Of a stretch of DNA of 64,000 bases, positions 50,059-59,376 are shown piece after piece. Both the position numbers and the translations under genes were made by a program. Within the stretch, counting starts at the first letter, position 1; the number at the start of each line of letters is the position of its first letter. The stretch is from positions 136,626-200,625 of the forward strand of contig CAXXTH010000012.1 in assembly GCA_963668025.2 (NCBI GenBank), read 5' to 3'. This DNA comes from Candidatus Hydrogenedentota bacterium (lineage in GTDB: Bacteria > Hydrogenedentota > Hydrogenedentia > Hydrogenedentales > SLHB01). The notes beneath the pieces are model-generated. The model saw only the letters and a list, made by a program, of their open reading frames with translations, was not told the origin of the DNA and made no database searches.

Positions 50059-51189
50059 TTACGAGTGGGCAGCCTCAATCATGGCGGCCACATTCTCCGG
50101 CGGCACGTCTGCCTGTATGTTGTGGGCGGGAGCCAGCACATAGCCGCCGCCGCATCCGAGTGTTTGAATGGTATCGAGGACAACCGCCCGCACCATTTCT
50201 GGCGTCCCATTTCGCAAGAGATCCTGGGTGTCGATAGCGCCCCAGAAGGCCAGCTCCCCGCCATGGGCCGCTTTGAGCGCAGCGGGCTGCATGCCAGCCG
50301 CCGATGTCTGAACCGGATTGAGAATATCCACCCCACAAGCCATGATGCCGTCCAGCAGCGACACCACGGAACCGCAGGTATGATGCCAGTAGTAGCAGCC
50401 GCGCCCTAACTCCTTCGTTCTCGTGATGCGCCGCGTGAAATACGGAACCACAAGGCTTCGGAACATGTCGGGACTGATGAGCGGCCCCGATTGCATGCCG
50501 AAATCATCCCCGCTTGTCGCAAGAGCAATATACTCGCCTATAGCGCCTAAATATTGTTCTAGCACCCGAAGCTGAATGCTCAGCACCCGGTCGAAAAACC
50601 GCTTGACGAAATCGGGCTCCATGGCCATGCGCAGCAGGAAGCCATCATATCCGCACATCCAACAACCCAATTCGAGCACTCCATACACGGGATGCTCCCC
50701 GACAACCACATAGGGTGTGTCTTCGGCTAAATGCTTGGCTTCCGCGCGCCATGCTTCCAGCCGCGAATCATCCAGCTCAGGGGAAGGCCACGGAAAAGCC
50801 TCAAGCTCCTCCATGCTCGCCCCAGCAAGCGGGCATTCGCATATCTCCCAATAGCCATTGAGAAACTTGCGGCGCACTCCCCACTCGTCTATGGACTCCA
50901 CGGGGGAAATAGTCCGCGCAAGCGAGCCATGCAGCGAAGGAATCTCACCAACACTACGGAAATCAGTGCCTGCCCATTCGAGGATGCGCGTATCGACCCC
51001 GTGATTGGCCTTTTCCCCCTCGCCCTCAAAACCCAGGAAATCCTTGAGCCGTTGCTGAAAACCATCTGACATGCCGGTCAGTGAAGTCCCGGCAAGGTCC
51101 ACGGGAACACGGTCCGGCTGCCGATGCTCCATCACCGCATGAAACCGGCTTCGAGGCTCCATGGCGGCGGCGATTCGCGTTTTATGCAT
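50059..51189 (-). CDS. URO-D/methylcobamide methyltransferase superfamily protein
   Basis: PDRVPVD, DEWG, GDDFG.Q.GPLISP..FR, HHTCG, LNPVQ, FWGAIDTQ and LAPAHNIQ motifs. Confidence 0.9.
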   Translation of the reverse strand: MHKTRIAAAMEPRSRFHAVMEHRQPDRVPVDLAGTSLTGMSDGFQQRLKDFLGFEGEGEKANHGVDTRILEWAGTDFRSVGEIPSLHGSLARTISPVESIDEWGVRRKFLNGYWEICECPLAGASMEELEAFPWPSPELDDSRLEAWRAEAKHLAEDTPYVVVGEHPVYGVLELGCWMCGYDGFLLRMAMEPDFVKRFFDRVLSIQLRVLEQYLGAIGEYIALATSGDDFGMQSGPLISPDMFRSLVVPYFTRRITRTKELGRGCYYWHHTCGSVVSLLDGIMACGVDILNPVQTSAAGMQPAALKAAHGGELAFWGAIDTQDLLRNGTPEMVRAVVLDTIQTLGCGGGYVLAPAHNIQADVPPENVAAMIEAAHS

Positions 51190-51428
51190 TCTACGGTCCT
51201 CAATATCTATATTTTAAATTTATAGTTATATTTTATCGCCCGTATTCCAAAAACGGCCAGCAAACACGGCTGCCCCCATGCAACGCCCAAATATACCCCT
51301 TAATTCAGAGATACCTGCGCCCAGGGCCAAAAGCGCGCCCCTGTTTACGACCAAGGCGCATTCCCGCCCTGATGCCCCGGCCACCCCGCAGGATTTCTCC
51401 AATCGCAAGTAATATCGTTACTCGACAT

Positions 51429-51457
51429 ATAATATCGATATAACTTTTAAGAGTCAA
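51429..51457 (-). promoter_or_regulatory. Sigma70-type promoter for the URO-D/family X operon with overlapping palindromes
   Basis: Minus strand reads TTGACT-17 bp-TATTAT; the ATATCGATAT palindrome overlaps the -10 element and spacer. Confidence 0.65.
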
Positions 51458-51458
51458 G

Positions 51459-51483
51459 AGCGCCGCATGAATCTTACGGCGCT
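51459..51483 (-). terminator. Hairpin downstream of the GH106-like gene
   Basis: AGCGCCG...CGGCGCT stem followed on the minus strand by CTTGACTCTT. Confidence 0.45.
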
Positions 51484-51536
51484 GAAAAACATCCCGAAAA
51501 CAAATAGGCAGGACAATAACGATTACAAAAAAGTAG

Positions 51537-54500
51537 CTACTCTTTTCCCTGGATCACCAGCTCCGGCGAAGCCAGCAGACCGCACGGTTTGAGGATATAG
51601 GCGTCTGACCATTGTTCCCCCGAGGTGACAAATTCACCCGGGCCTATCCATGGCGGTTGCTTGGCCAGATGCAGCGGGCCGAAACTGTTCCTGCGGCTGC
51701 TGAAAACTTCCAGCGCCACCAGCGATTCCTCTCCTTTGAGGCAGGCGGTGATGTCTAGTTCATACGGAGCCCACGCCAGAAATCCCACTTCTACTCCATC
51801 GACCAGCACCCGCACCACGGCCCCTTTGAACTCCGGTGCGCGCACCAACACTCGCCTGCCGCGCTCCGCTTTCACGTTCACGGAAAAATGATACGCCACC
51901 GCGCCGCTATAGAACGGCAAGCCTTGCCGGGTCCAGTCGCCTATTTTCAAGCGTTTCGGCAATGCGGCGATCTGGCTGCGCAATCCATCCGTTTGGACCC
52001 CGAACTGCCCCAGCAGGAACATCGCCTCCAGGCCATGCTCCGATTTATACGCGGTCTCGAGCCGGATGGCGTTCGCGCCAAGCTTCAACTGAACGGGATC
52101 AACCGGCAACAGCCGCAAACAGGGATCCACCCACCAGCCCATATCCGAATCCGAATGTATGGCATGGCCGTTGAGGAAAACCGCGAACCGCTCCGGATGC
52201 TCGATGGCGAGCGATACCGGCCCGGCAGGCAGCGCTTCCACGTCAAACTCGAAACAGAGTTCAAGCGGCGCGCCTTCCTCGTCTGGCGAATGCGGTTGCG
52301 CCCAGGGCTGGACCATCGCGCCGCCCCGGGGCTGCAAACCCATTTGAAGACGGACCGCCCGGTCCACCCGCAGAATCTCTTCCGCAGGCGCGAATGGGCC
52401 TGTGCCGTCGAGGCGATAGCTCGGACGGTCCAAAACCAGCACATTCGGTTCCGACAACGAAAATCCGGATGGCTGCCCCAACACCTGCCGCGCCTGGTCT
52501 TTCCACACAGTCTTCCGTGGAATATCCGTAGCGGCTTGCGGATCAATCACAAACAACACGCTGCCGCCCGGATGCAACACCGTCTCGAAAACCGTCCAGC
52601 CTTTCTTCGTTGCTGCCGGAATACGCGCCCGCGCACCGGAATGCGGATCATATTCAATCACCTTGCCTTCGGCCTTCACGGACACCACGGCGGGAGCGAA
52701 ACCTTGCTTCCGGTTCGTATTGCAGATAAACAGAATATGCTGCCCCCCATCCTGCCTCAATTGATACAACGCCGGTGCGATCTCACGCCCGTCTTCATCC
52801 CGGATGGAAACGGTGCGCACCGCCTCTACTGCATCCAGTACGGACTTCTCTGCATAGGGAACCGGCAAGCATTTCTGGGCGAATTCCTGGACCGCATCGG
52901 AGTCGGAGCCATCCATGCATCCTGCGGCATTGCCCACAAAAATGACGGCTCCGCCACTCTCCTGAAAGCGTTTCAGCAACGACAACGTGGTTCCACGCAT
53001 GGTGTCCATGGGAGGCGCAAGCACGGCGTCGTAGGATGCATGGCCGATCTGGACCCGGGGCCCGTCCCCGCCCGTTTCAACAGACGCCATGCGGCTCATC
53101 ATTTCCTCGTCGCCATAAGCAAAATCGATATGCCCTTCCAAAAGCCAATTGCGCAACGCGGGCAGCATCTCATTGATTTGCCGCATGTCATCCGCCATGT
53201 CTTCAAAGAAGTTTTTAGGGGCCGCGTTCTTGTCACACAACAACGGGCGGTACCGGGCAAACATGGATTCAATCGGATGAATGACGAGCAGCCGCTGCAC
53301 GCACCGCCCGCGCGTCAGCGCCACATGCAACCGCGAAAAATAATCTTCCACCACCCGGTAATGCTCCCACCAAGGCGATTGGAAGAAAATAGACGCCGGA
53401 TAATCCCGCTTGGCTTCGCCTTCCATCGTGTACCAGCTCAGATGGTGGCACCGCACGGTCACGCCCAGCGCGGCCTGCCAATCGCCTACCGTTTTATGCC
53501 CCTCGAACGGGAAATCCCAGCCCGTGCATCCATACATCTCGGACAAGCACCACTGCTTCCCCATTTGCGTATATACGCTCTGGCATTGCTTGATCGTGTC
53601 GTATTCCCGATTGGACTCCGTGCAGCAATGCCCATTTTCCGTCAGGATATCCACGCCGGGAAGCTGCATATATTCATAAGCCCGCATTGCCGCGCCGACA
53701 GCATGCGCCTGCACGTGCATCGAGCCTTCCAACAACAGGTGCCCCGTCAACTGAAGCGAATGGGCTTCACACCAATCATGGATCTGTTTCAAGTAATGCG
53801 TGACGAACAGATGGGTCGCACAGTTGCGGAAATCGAGCCGGGCTTTGGACGCCATAACGCCTTCGACCTCGAAGAACAACTCCGGCAAATGCTCCAAAAT
53901 GCTATAGCCATGCATCCCTCGAAAGGCATCCGGCAGCTTCGGCGTCCACGGCACGCACGAAAATACATCCGCGCGGCTCTCCGAAGCATATTCCTCGACC
54001 ATGGCGCTATAGTTCGGCTCATCCGAGAAAATACCCCGGATGTTCCCGCCGAAATCGCCCCCCATCTCCTTCCGGTATGCCTCGTGCGTCACCCGGATAA
54101 ACTCACGCACCGATTCCGCCGACATCGTGTCGAGATAGCTATATCCGTTAAACCAGCTCGAAGACGGCATCGTCACCATGCGGAACACCAGGATGTCCGT
54201 TCCCACATCAGCGTTAGGCTGTTCCGTTTTTTTCAGGCGGCGCAGGCTGGTAATGACACCGTCCGCGATACCGGCCTGCCATGCGCCCAGCATATCCGGG
54301 ATAGGCTGGTATTGCCGGACCGGAACCTTCTCCATCATAAGGGCCTTCATGCGGTGCTTCGGATTCTTCGTCACAAAACCCCCGGCATATCCCGACGGCC
54401 AGCGGTCCTCATCATATAGCCACGCTTCCATGCCCTGGCGGCGGCATTCGTCCACGCCCGCGCGTATCGCGTCGAACCAGTCTTTCCCCAAATATTCCGT

Positions 54501-54665
54501 CTTCAATCCCACCCGGGAATGCAGAAATCCGCCACCCATTCCCATCTTCTGCAAAATACGCACTTGGCGGCGGATTTCCTCAGGCTCCATAAGCCCATTC
54601 CAAGACCAAAACGGCTTTCCCCGATACGCGCATGTCGGGTTTTCAAATAAGCTATCGAACAGCAT
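51537..54665 (-). CDS. GH106-like (alpha-L-rhamnosidase-type) glycoside hydrolase, cytoplasmic
   Basis: PFWSWNG, GGFLHSR.GL, WLYDEDRWPSG.AGG, IFSDEP, LTGH, PGVDIL, SE.YG and GLPFYSG motifs; AAAGGAG SD before ATG 54665. Confidence 0.8.
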   Translation of the reverse strand: MLFDSLFENPTCAYRGKPFWSWNGLMEPEEIRRQVRILQKMGMGGGFLHSRVGLKTEYLGKDWFDAIRAGVDECRRQGMEAWLYDEDRWPSGYAGGFVTKNPKHRMKALMMEKVPVRQYQPIPDMLGAWQAGIADGVITSLRRLKKTEQPNADVGTDILVFRMVTMPSSSWFNGYSYLDTMSAESVREFIRVTHEAYRKEMGGDFGGNIRGIFSDEPNYSAMVEEYASESRADVFSCVPWTPKLPDAFRGMHGYSILEHLPELFFEVEGVMASKARLDFRNCATHLFVTHYLKQIHDWCEAHSLQLTGHLLLEGSMHVQAHAVGAAMRAYEYMQLPGVDILTENGHCCTESNREYDTIKQCQSVYTQMGKQWCLSEMYGCTGWDFPFEGHKTVGDWQAALGVTVRCHHLSWYTMEGEAKRDYPASIFFQSPWWEHYRVVEDYFSRLHVALTRGRCVQRLLVIHPIESMFARYRPLLCDKNAAPKNFFEDMADDMRQINEMLPALRNWLLEGHIDFAYGDEEMMSRMASVETGGDGPRVQIGHASYDAVLAPPMDTMRGTTLSLLKRFQESGGAVIFVGNAAGCMDGSDSDAVQEFAQKCLPVPYAEKSVLDAVEAVRTVSIRDEDGREIAPALYQLRQDGGQHILFICNTNRKQGFAPAVVSVKAEGKVIEYDPHSGARARIPAATKKGWTVFETVLHPGGSVLFVIDPQAATDIPRKTVWKDQARQVLGQPSGFSLSEPNVLVLDRPSYRLDGTGPFAPAEEILRVDRAVRLQMGLQPRGGAMVQPWAQPHSPDEEGAPLELCFEFDVEALPAGPVSLAIEHPERFAVFLNGHAIHSDSDMGWWVDPCLRLLPVDPVQLKLGANAIRLETAYKSEHGLEAMFLLGQFGVQTDGLRSQIAALPKRLKIGDWTRQGLPFYSGAVAYHFSVNVKAERGRRVLVRAPEFKGAVVRVLVDGVEVGFLAWAPYELDITACLKGEESLVALEVFSSRRNSFGPLHLAKQPPWIGPGEFVTSGEQWSDAYILKPCGLLASPELVIQGKE

Positions 54666-54764
54666 GAATGCTCCTTTCAGTAATCGTCGGCGTTCGGGAA
54701 ACAGAAAATTTCTCTTCTTCACTCTGTATAATTGACCTTTTACTTTATTTGGAAATGCGGCAGC

Positions 54765-54921
54765 TTTTTTTTAGACAGGATTTACATGATTTGCAGGATT
54801 GGACAAGATCGCAACGATTCTTTATGAAGCTAAACCATAAAGCGTCCGAGTGCGATCATTATGCAATGGAATATTTGCCATAAAAAAATCTTGTCAATCC
54901 TGTAAATCATGTCTAAAAAAA
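54765..54921. repeat. Palindromic element with 9-nt-periodic arms (GACAGGATT-TACATGATT-TGCAGGATT)
   Basis: T-tract/A-tract ends with inverted arms; homologous to the reverse complement of 36879-37010. Confidence 0.8.
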
Positions 54922-55020
54922 GGCCTTTGCTTCAGTCCGCTAAAGTGGTACAAAAATTCTATCAAAAGAGGCTTGTCTACAAACACATTCATTCGCCTTA
55001 AGCCCACATGGTACCAAAAA

Positions 55021-56457
55021 TCACAGCGGCTTATATTGTATAAAATGTTTGCTGGCGTCATGAATGCCCACGAATTCTCCCACGGCCACCGACGCGGCCA
55101 GCGCCGCGCCTGCCGCCGCTTCTTCGGTATGCCGCGTGACCATAACTGGAGATGTAAACTGCTCCGATAGGATCTCGCGAAACACCGCATTATAGCGAAC
55201 CCCATTGCCCGCTCCCACAACGGTTGGACGCGCCTGCATACCCGCATCGAGCATGGCTTCATACAGCGCATGAAAGCGGCCAGCCAATCCTTCAAGCAGC
55301 GCGCGCGCCATATGCCCCGGCGTAAAATTCCCTTCGCCCATGCCCCGCCACACCGCACGCAGCCCAGGTTCAGCGCGGGAACCCGCAAAAACCGGATCAC
55401 ACCGCAATCCATCCGCACCCGGAGCCACGGCGGCAGCTAACGCATTCAAACGCTCGTAGATGCCGGACGCATGCTCCACCCCAAAAACCTCCGCGCCCAC
55501 CTGCTGGACGAAATCCCGCAAGACTTGGTATGACCGCCCCCCGCACAACTCCGCCCCCACCAGCATATAACCGCCCTGTAGAAACGGCCGAATATCCAAA
55601 GATTCGGATTCAAGCATTTCATCCGTATAGGCCGACGCCTGGCCGCCCGTGCCCACGTTGATCAACACGCTGCCGCCGCTATCCGCGACGCTCCCAGCGA
55701 AGCTTGCCTGGTTATCGCCACAGGCAATGGCCACGGGAATCCCCTCGGGCAGACCGGTCTCCTGTGCGATTTCACGTGACAAACCACCCGCGCGCGTACA
55801 GGAAGGCCGCACCTCTGGTAACCACTGTGCTTGAAGCCCCCAGGCGCGCATCAGGTTTTCATTCCACTGGCCGCGCCGTATATCGTAAACACCCGCACTG
55901 GCGGCGTTGGTGGGATCGGTGCTCGGAGCGATATCACATAACCGGCTAACCAAAAAATCCGGCGCAAAACAAGCCATGGCGTCAGATGGGACAAGGCCGT
56001 GCTGGGCCAGCCAAAACAAAGTAGCGCCCATATATCCCGTCGCGGGCCGGCAGCCAGGTGCGGACGCGTCCGCACCACCCCGCAGCCGCATTTCCTCGAT
56101 ATACGTGCGCCCATTCGGCATGGACTCCAGGCAGCGGCCATCCTGCCAGCCAATAAAAGGAGTAAGCGCTTCGCCGTCCCGGCAAAGGAGAACCATCCCA
56201 TGCATTTGGCCCGTCACGCCTATGCCTGTGATGCTTCCCGGCCCGGCTGCCTGTCCAAGGCGTCCCACAAGGCCAATGGCGCAGGCCGCCATGGCGTTCA
56301 TGTCCCATTCCGAACGCCCGCTTGCCCGGGACGCCGCAGGCGTGGTTTCCACATCATTGGAAACGAGCTCCTGCGCCAGTATCTCCCGCTTCCCAGTGTC
56401 AAGCACGACGCCCGTGATGGTGGTGCTCCCTAAATCAACGCCGATGTACCGCCCCAT
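55021..56457 (-). CDS. FGGY-family kinase (sedoheptulokinase-like)
   Basis: IGVDLGSTT, IGVTGQMHG, WQDGR, TGY...TLFW, GDNQASF.G and LINVGTGGQ motifs. Confidence 0.85.
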   Translation of the reverse strand: MGRYIGVDLGSTTITGVVLDTGKREILAQELVSNDVETTPAASRASGRSEWDMNAMAACAIGLVGRLGQAAGPGSITGIGVTGQMHGMVLLCRDGEALTPFIGWQDGRCLESMPNGRTYIEEMRLRGGADASAPGCRPATGYMGATLFWLAQHGLVPSDAMACFAPDFLVSRLCDIAPSTDPTNAASAGVYDIRRGQWNENLMRAWGLQAQWLPEVRPSCTRAGGLSREIAQETGLPEGIPVAIACGDNQASFAGSVADSGGSVLINVGTGGQASAYTDEMLESESLDIRPFLQGGYMLVGAELCGGRSYQVLRDFVQQVGAEVFGVEHASGIYERLNALAAAVAPGADGLRCDPVFAGSRAEPGLRAVWRGMGEGNFTPGHMARALLEGLAGRFHALYEAMLDAGMQARPTVVGAGNGVRYNAVFREILSEQFTSPVMVTRHTEEAAAGAALAASVAVGEFVGIHDASKHFIQYKPL

Positions 56458-56520
56458 ATGCGTGCCTATCCTTTATTGCCTTTCATCCACAAGATCCCGC
56501 GCATTTCACCCTCAAAAACT

Positions 56521-58875
56521 TCAGGACGCTATCTCGCCCGGCTCGAAGGCGCGGGGCAGCACGGCTATAGCGTCGAGCCAGGTGCGGTACTGCGCCAGCG
56601 AAAATGGCGGCGTCCCCGTCAAATAATGATTCCCGAAGGTTTCCTCATTCACGGTCCAGTTCATGAGATACAATTGTTGCGCGCTCGCATACGTACGGAT
56701 GCGCGCCACCTGCCAATTCTGGTTCGCGGGAGCGGTGAAACTACCTTCGGCCACCGTCTCCCCAGAGGCAAAATTCCAGATGCGATACGCCACATCCGCG
56801 GATTGCAGCGTGTCATTGCTGATCACCACCGGCAGGTATTTCTCCGCTCCTGCTTCGCCGATCAGCATCGCCACGGGCCGTTGGGAACGCCAGATATAAT
56901 GATAGGCCAATTTCTTGGCAAAGTAATAATCCACTACCGCGTCCGAGAACTGCGGCCAGCCATCCAGCACATTCCACCACAGTATCCCGCTGGTCCGCCA
57001 TTTACGCAGGCGCGTGGATTCGATGAAGAACTTCTTCGCTTCCGCCTGCACGATCTGGCTGGCGAGGGCAAACGATTCCAGCTCTTCGGGAATCATGCCG
57101 AACACTTCCCGGATCTGATTGGCCATCAGCTTAATCCGGTTGCGCTCGAATTCCCAATGGTGCAAATGATAGGTCTCGTGAACGCGCCACTCTTCATTGT
57201 TTTCCCACGGCCAGAGGCTTTCCGGCGAGATGAACCGGCGAATGGAAGATACATTCGGGCAGCCATGGTAGCCGATCTCGCCGATGAAGTGGGCGCGGTG
57301 GCTGGTGTAATACGGGCTTTTGTAATAACCGCGCGGCCCCCACAAGTGTTCCTCCGGAGCCGACGCCGCCTTCGGAGGCAGATAGGGCGAGCTGGGCACG
57401 AAATGGCGGAATGGATCGCAGCGATGCACCACTCGAGGCAACACCTCGCGGGTCAAACGGTTATACTCCGGCGACAGGCCTCCCCAGGTGTAACCGGCAT
57501 CATTCTCGTTGTCGCCACACCACAGGGCCAAGGAAGCATGGTTGCGCAATTTACACACCACGGCTTCCGCCTCCCGGCGGACTTCCGACAAGAAGGCCTC
57601 CGTTTGCGGATACCGGCCGCAGCCGTAGGCGAAATCCTGCCACACCAGCACGCCCCTTTCATCGCATAAATCGAAAAAGGCATGGTCTTCATACACATTC
57701 CCCCCCCAACTACGCACCATGTTGCAGCCAAGGTCTTCCAGCAAGTCCATCGCGGCATTCAACCGCCCGGCATCGCGGCTGTGGAATGCATCCAGCGCCA
57801 CCCAATTCGTCCCTTTCACCATGATAGGCTCGCCATTGACCCGGAATATGAAATGGGCGTCTGGCGCTTCAGGCTCGTCATACCGCGCGGCATCGCCCGG
57901 TTTAGGTCCCGGCTGCCAGACCGGCCCCGCCTGTTCCGTCCGGTCCACCGCCAGCGTACGCACACCGATGCGGTCCACCTGTTCCGCGAGTATTTCCCCA
58001 TGATGAAGCACTTGGGCGGTTATCGTATATAGGTGTTGCCCGCCATATCCTTTCGGCCACCACAAGCGCGCGCCGGGAATCCAAAGGCCGCATCCGCCCG
58101 CGATGAATTCCACCGGTATCGTCTGCTCGAAGCGATGCTCGCCGCACACGCCAGAAAAACGCAAGGCAAAGCCATTGAGCTCCCGCACGGTAGTCCTGAA
58201 TTGGAACCGGACACCCAAATTCGCCCCGTCACGATTGATACCGGCCGTCCAATAATAGAGCTGCTCGAAGGCGTTGGGCTCCCGCTCCTCAATCCACACC
58301 GAACGCCAGATCCCCGCCGTCACCACGCGCGGAAAAATGTCCCACCCCCACATATGCGGCGCTTTGCGGATAAAAAGGCCTTCTTCCCGCGTATCGAGGG
58401 CCGACAACATCGCGTCATATCGATACTCGCGGGCGCGCTGCACGGCGGATTCGATGCGCACGCAAATGCGGTTGGTTTGTCCTGGCTGAATAGCCGCCGA
58501 GATGTCAAAGCGATGCTCGATGAGCATGTTGGCCGAACGGCCCACTTCCACGCCATTCACCCACACCGTGGCGAACGTGTCCAGCCCAGCGAATACAAGC
58601 TCCCAGTCGAGCCCAGCCATCGAAGCAGGCGCATCAAACTCCCGCTCATACCACCACTCATAAAACTCGTAAGGGCGCAATTGCCGTATATTGGTTCCAT
58701 AATAAGGTTCAGGAATCACCCCAGCCCGCTGCAAATCCAGCTCCACATTTCCCGGAACCGCCGCCGGTATTGCCGGTTCCTCGACGGACGCCAAGTCCCG
58801 TGGCCCGGCAACGGCATGCACGCCCTGGGGAAAATATGTGAGCTTCCACTCGCCATCCAGCTTTATTACGCCCAT
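56521..58875 (-). CDS. GH2 beta-mannosidase-like glycoside hydrolase
   Basis: GLDT.ATVW.NG, RKAP...GWD, KGTNWV, MVR.WGG.VYE, WCGDNE and FIGEIG motifs. Confidence 0.9.
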   Translation of the reverse strand: MGVIKLDGEWKLTYFPQGVHAVAGPRDLASVEEPAIPAAVPGNVELDLQRAGVIPEPYYGTNIRQLRPYEFYEWWYEREFDAPASMAGLDWELVFAGLDTFATVWVNGVEVGRSANMLIEHRFDISAAIQPGQTNRICVRIESAVQRAREYRYDAMLSALDTREEGLFIRKAPHMWGWDIFPRVVTAGIWRSVWIEEREPNAFEQLYYWTAGINRDGANLGVRFQFRTTVRELNGFALRFSGVCGEHRFEQTIPVEFIAGGCGLWIPGARLWWPKGYGGQHLYTITAQVLHHGEILAEQVDRIGVRTLAVDRTEQAGPVWQPGPKPGDAARYDEPEAPDAHFIFRVNGEPIMVKGTNWVALDAFHSRDAGRLNAAMDLLEDLGCNMVRSWGGNVYEDHAFFDLCDERGVLVWQDFAYGCGRYPQTEAFLSEVRREAEAVVCKLRNHASLALWCGDNENDAGYTWGGLSPEYNRLTREVLPRVVHRCDPFRHFVPSSPYLPPKAASAPEEHLWGPRGYYKSPYYTSHRAHFIGEIGYHGCPNVSSIRRFISPESLWPWENNEEWRVHETYHLHHWEFERNRIKLMANQIREVFGMIPEELESFALASQIVQAEAKKFFIESTRLRKWRTSGILWWNVLDGWPQFSDAVVDYYFAKKLAYHYIWRSQRPVAMLIGEAGAEKYLPVVISNDTLQSADVAYRIWNFASGETVAEGSFTAPANQNWQVARIRTYASAQQLYLMNWTVNEETFGNHYLTGTPPFSLAQYRTWLDAIAVLPRAFEPGEIAS

Positions 58876-59073
58876 ATCAACCGCCCTTTTCTGAAGTTAA
58901 TACAATCATCACGTGATTTTCGCACGAATCTATTTCATAACGGCAACAACACAGCTCTCCAGTCTTATGGATTGGAATGCCCATGAAGCAAGGAATCCCC
59001 CGTCCGCCAGCCCAAAATAGAATATAGACAAAGCCATACTTTTTCTACTCACACTTAACTCGATACAAGTAAA

Positions 59074-59102
59074 ATTCTATAGCTATGAATACAAAATGTC
59101 AA
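59074..59102 (-). promoter_or_regulatory. Sigma70-type promoter for the GH2 gene
   Basis: Minus strand reads TTGACA-17 bp-TAGAAT. Confidence 0.7.
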
Positions 59103-59164
59103 TCCGATAAAAATCGGCTACTTTCAACGTATGAATAGGATGATTAAACCAATGTACTAACACT

Positions 59165-59228
59165 GTGTCATTCACGCGAAAGCGGGAATCCAAGGCGTTT
59201 CCTCTAGCTCCCCGCTTTCGGAGATTTC
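59165..59228. repeat. Copy of the GTCATTCCCGCGAAAGCGGGAATCCA element
   Basis: TGTCATTCACGCGAAAGCGGGAATCCA...CCCGCTTTCG. Confidence 0.8.
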
Positions 59229-59290
59229 CAGAAATGGAGCAGGCAAGCCCAAACAAGGAAATACCGGCGAAATACACCAAAAAGAACAAG

Positions 59291-59376
59291 AAAGCAGCAG
59301 CAAGCCACCGCACGCCACATGCGCTCTAAGTCTTTTTATGAAAAATACTTGGAGTGCGGCGGCTTGCTGCCGCTTT
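59291..59376. repeat. REP-like inverted pair
   Basis: AAAGCAGCAGCAAGCCACCGCACGCCA against the reverse complement of TGGAGTGCGGCGGCTTGCTGCCGCTTT, 24/27 identical. Confidence 0.8.

Noticed and set aside
44753-50059. Assembly artefact or diversity-generating retroelement as the cause of the family X tandem
   Set aside because: The copies diverge throughout, including synonymous sites and indels, and no reverse transcriptase or adenine-specific template/variable repeat pair is seen.
51888-54419. 843-aa plus-strand ORF
   Set aside because: It is the antisense shadow of the GH106-like gene, with Arg/His-rich composition and no motifs; this is expected from GC3 codon bias.
56458-58986. 403-aa and 317-aa plus-strand ORFs
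   Set aside because: They are antisense to the clear GH2 gene and have no recognisable domains.
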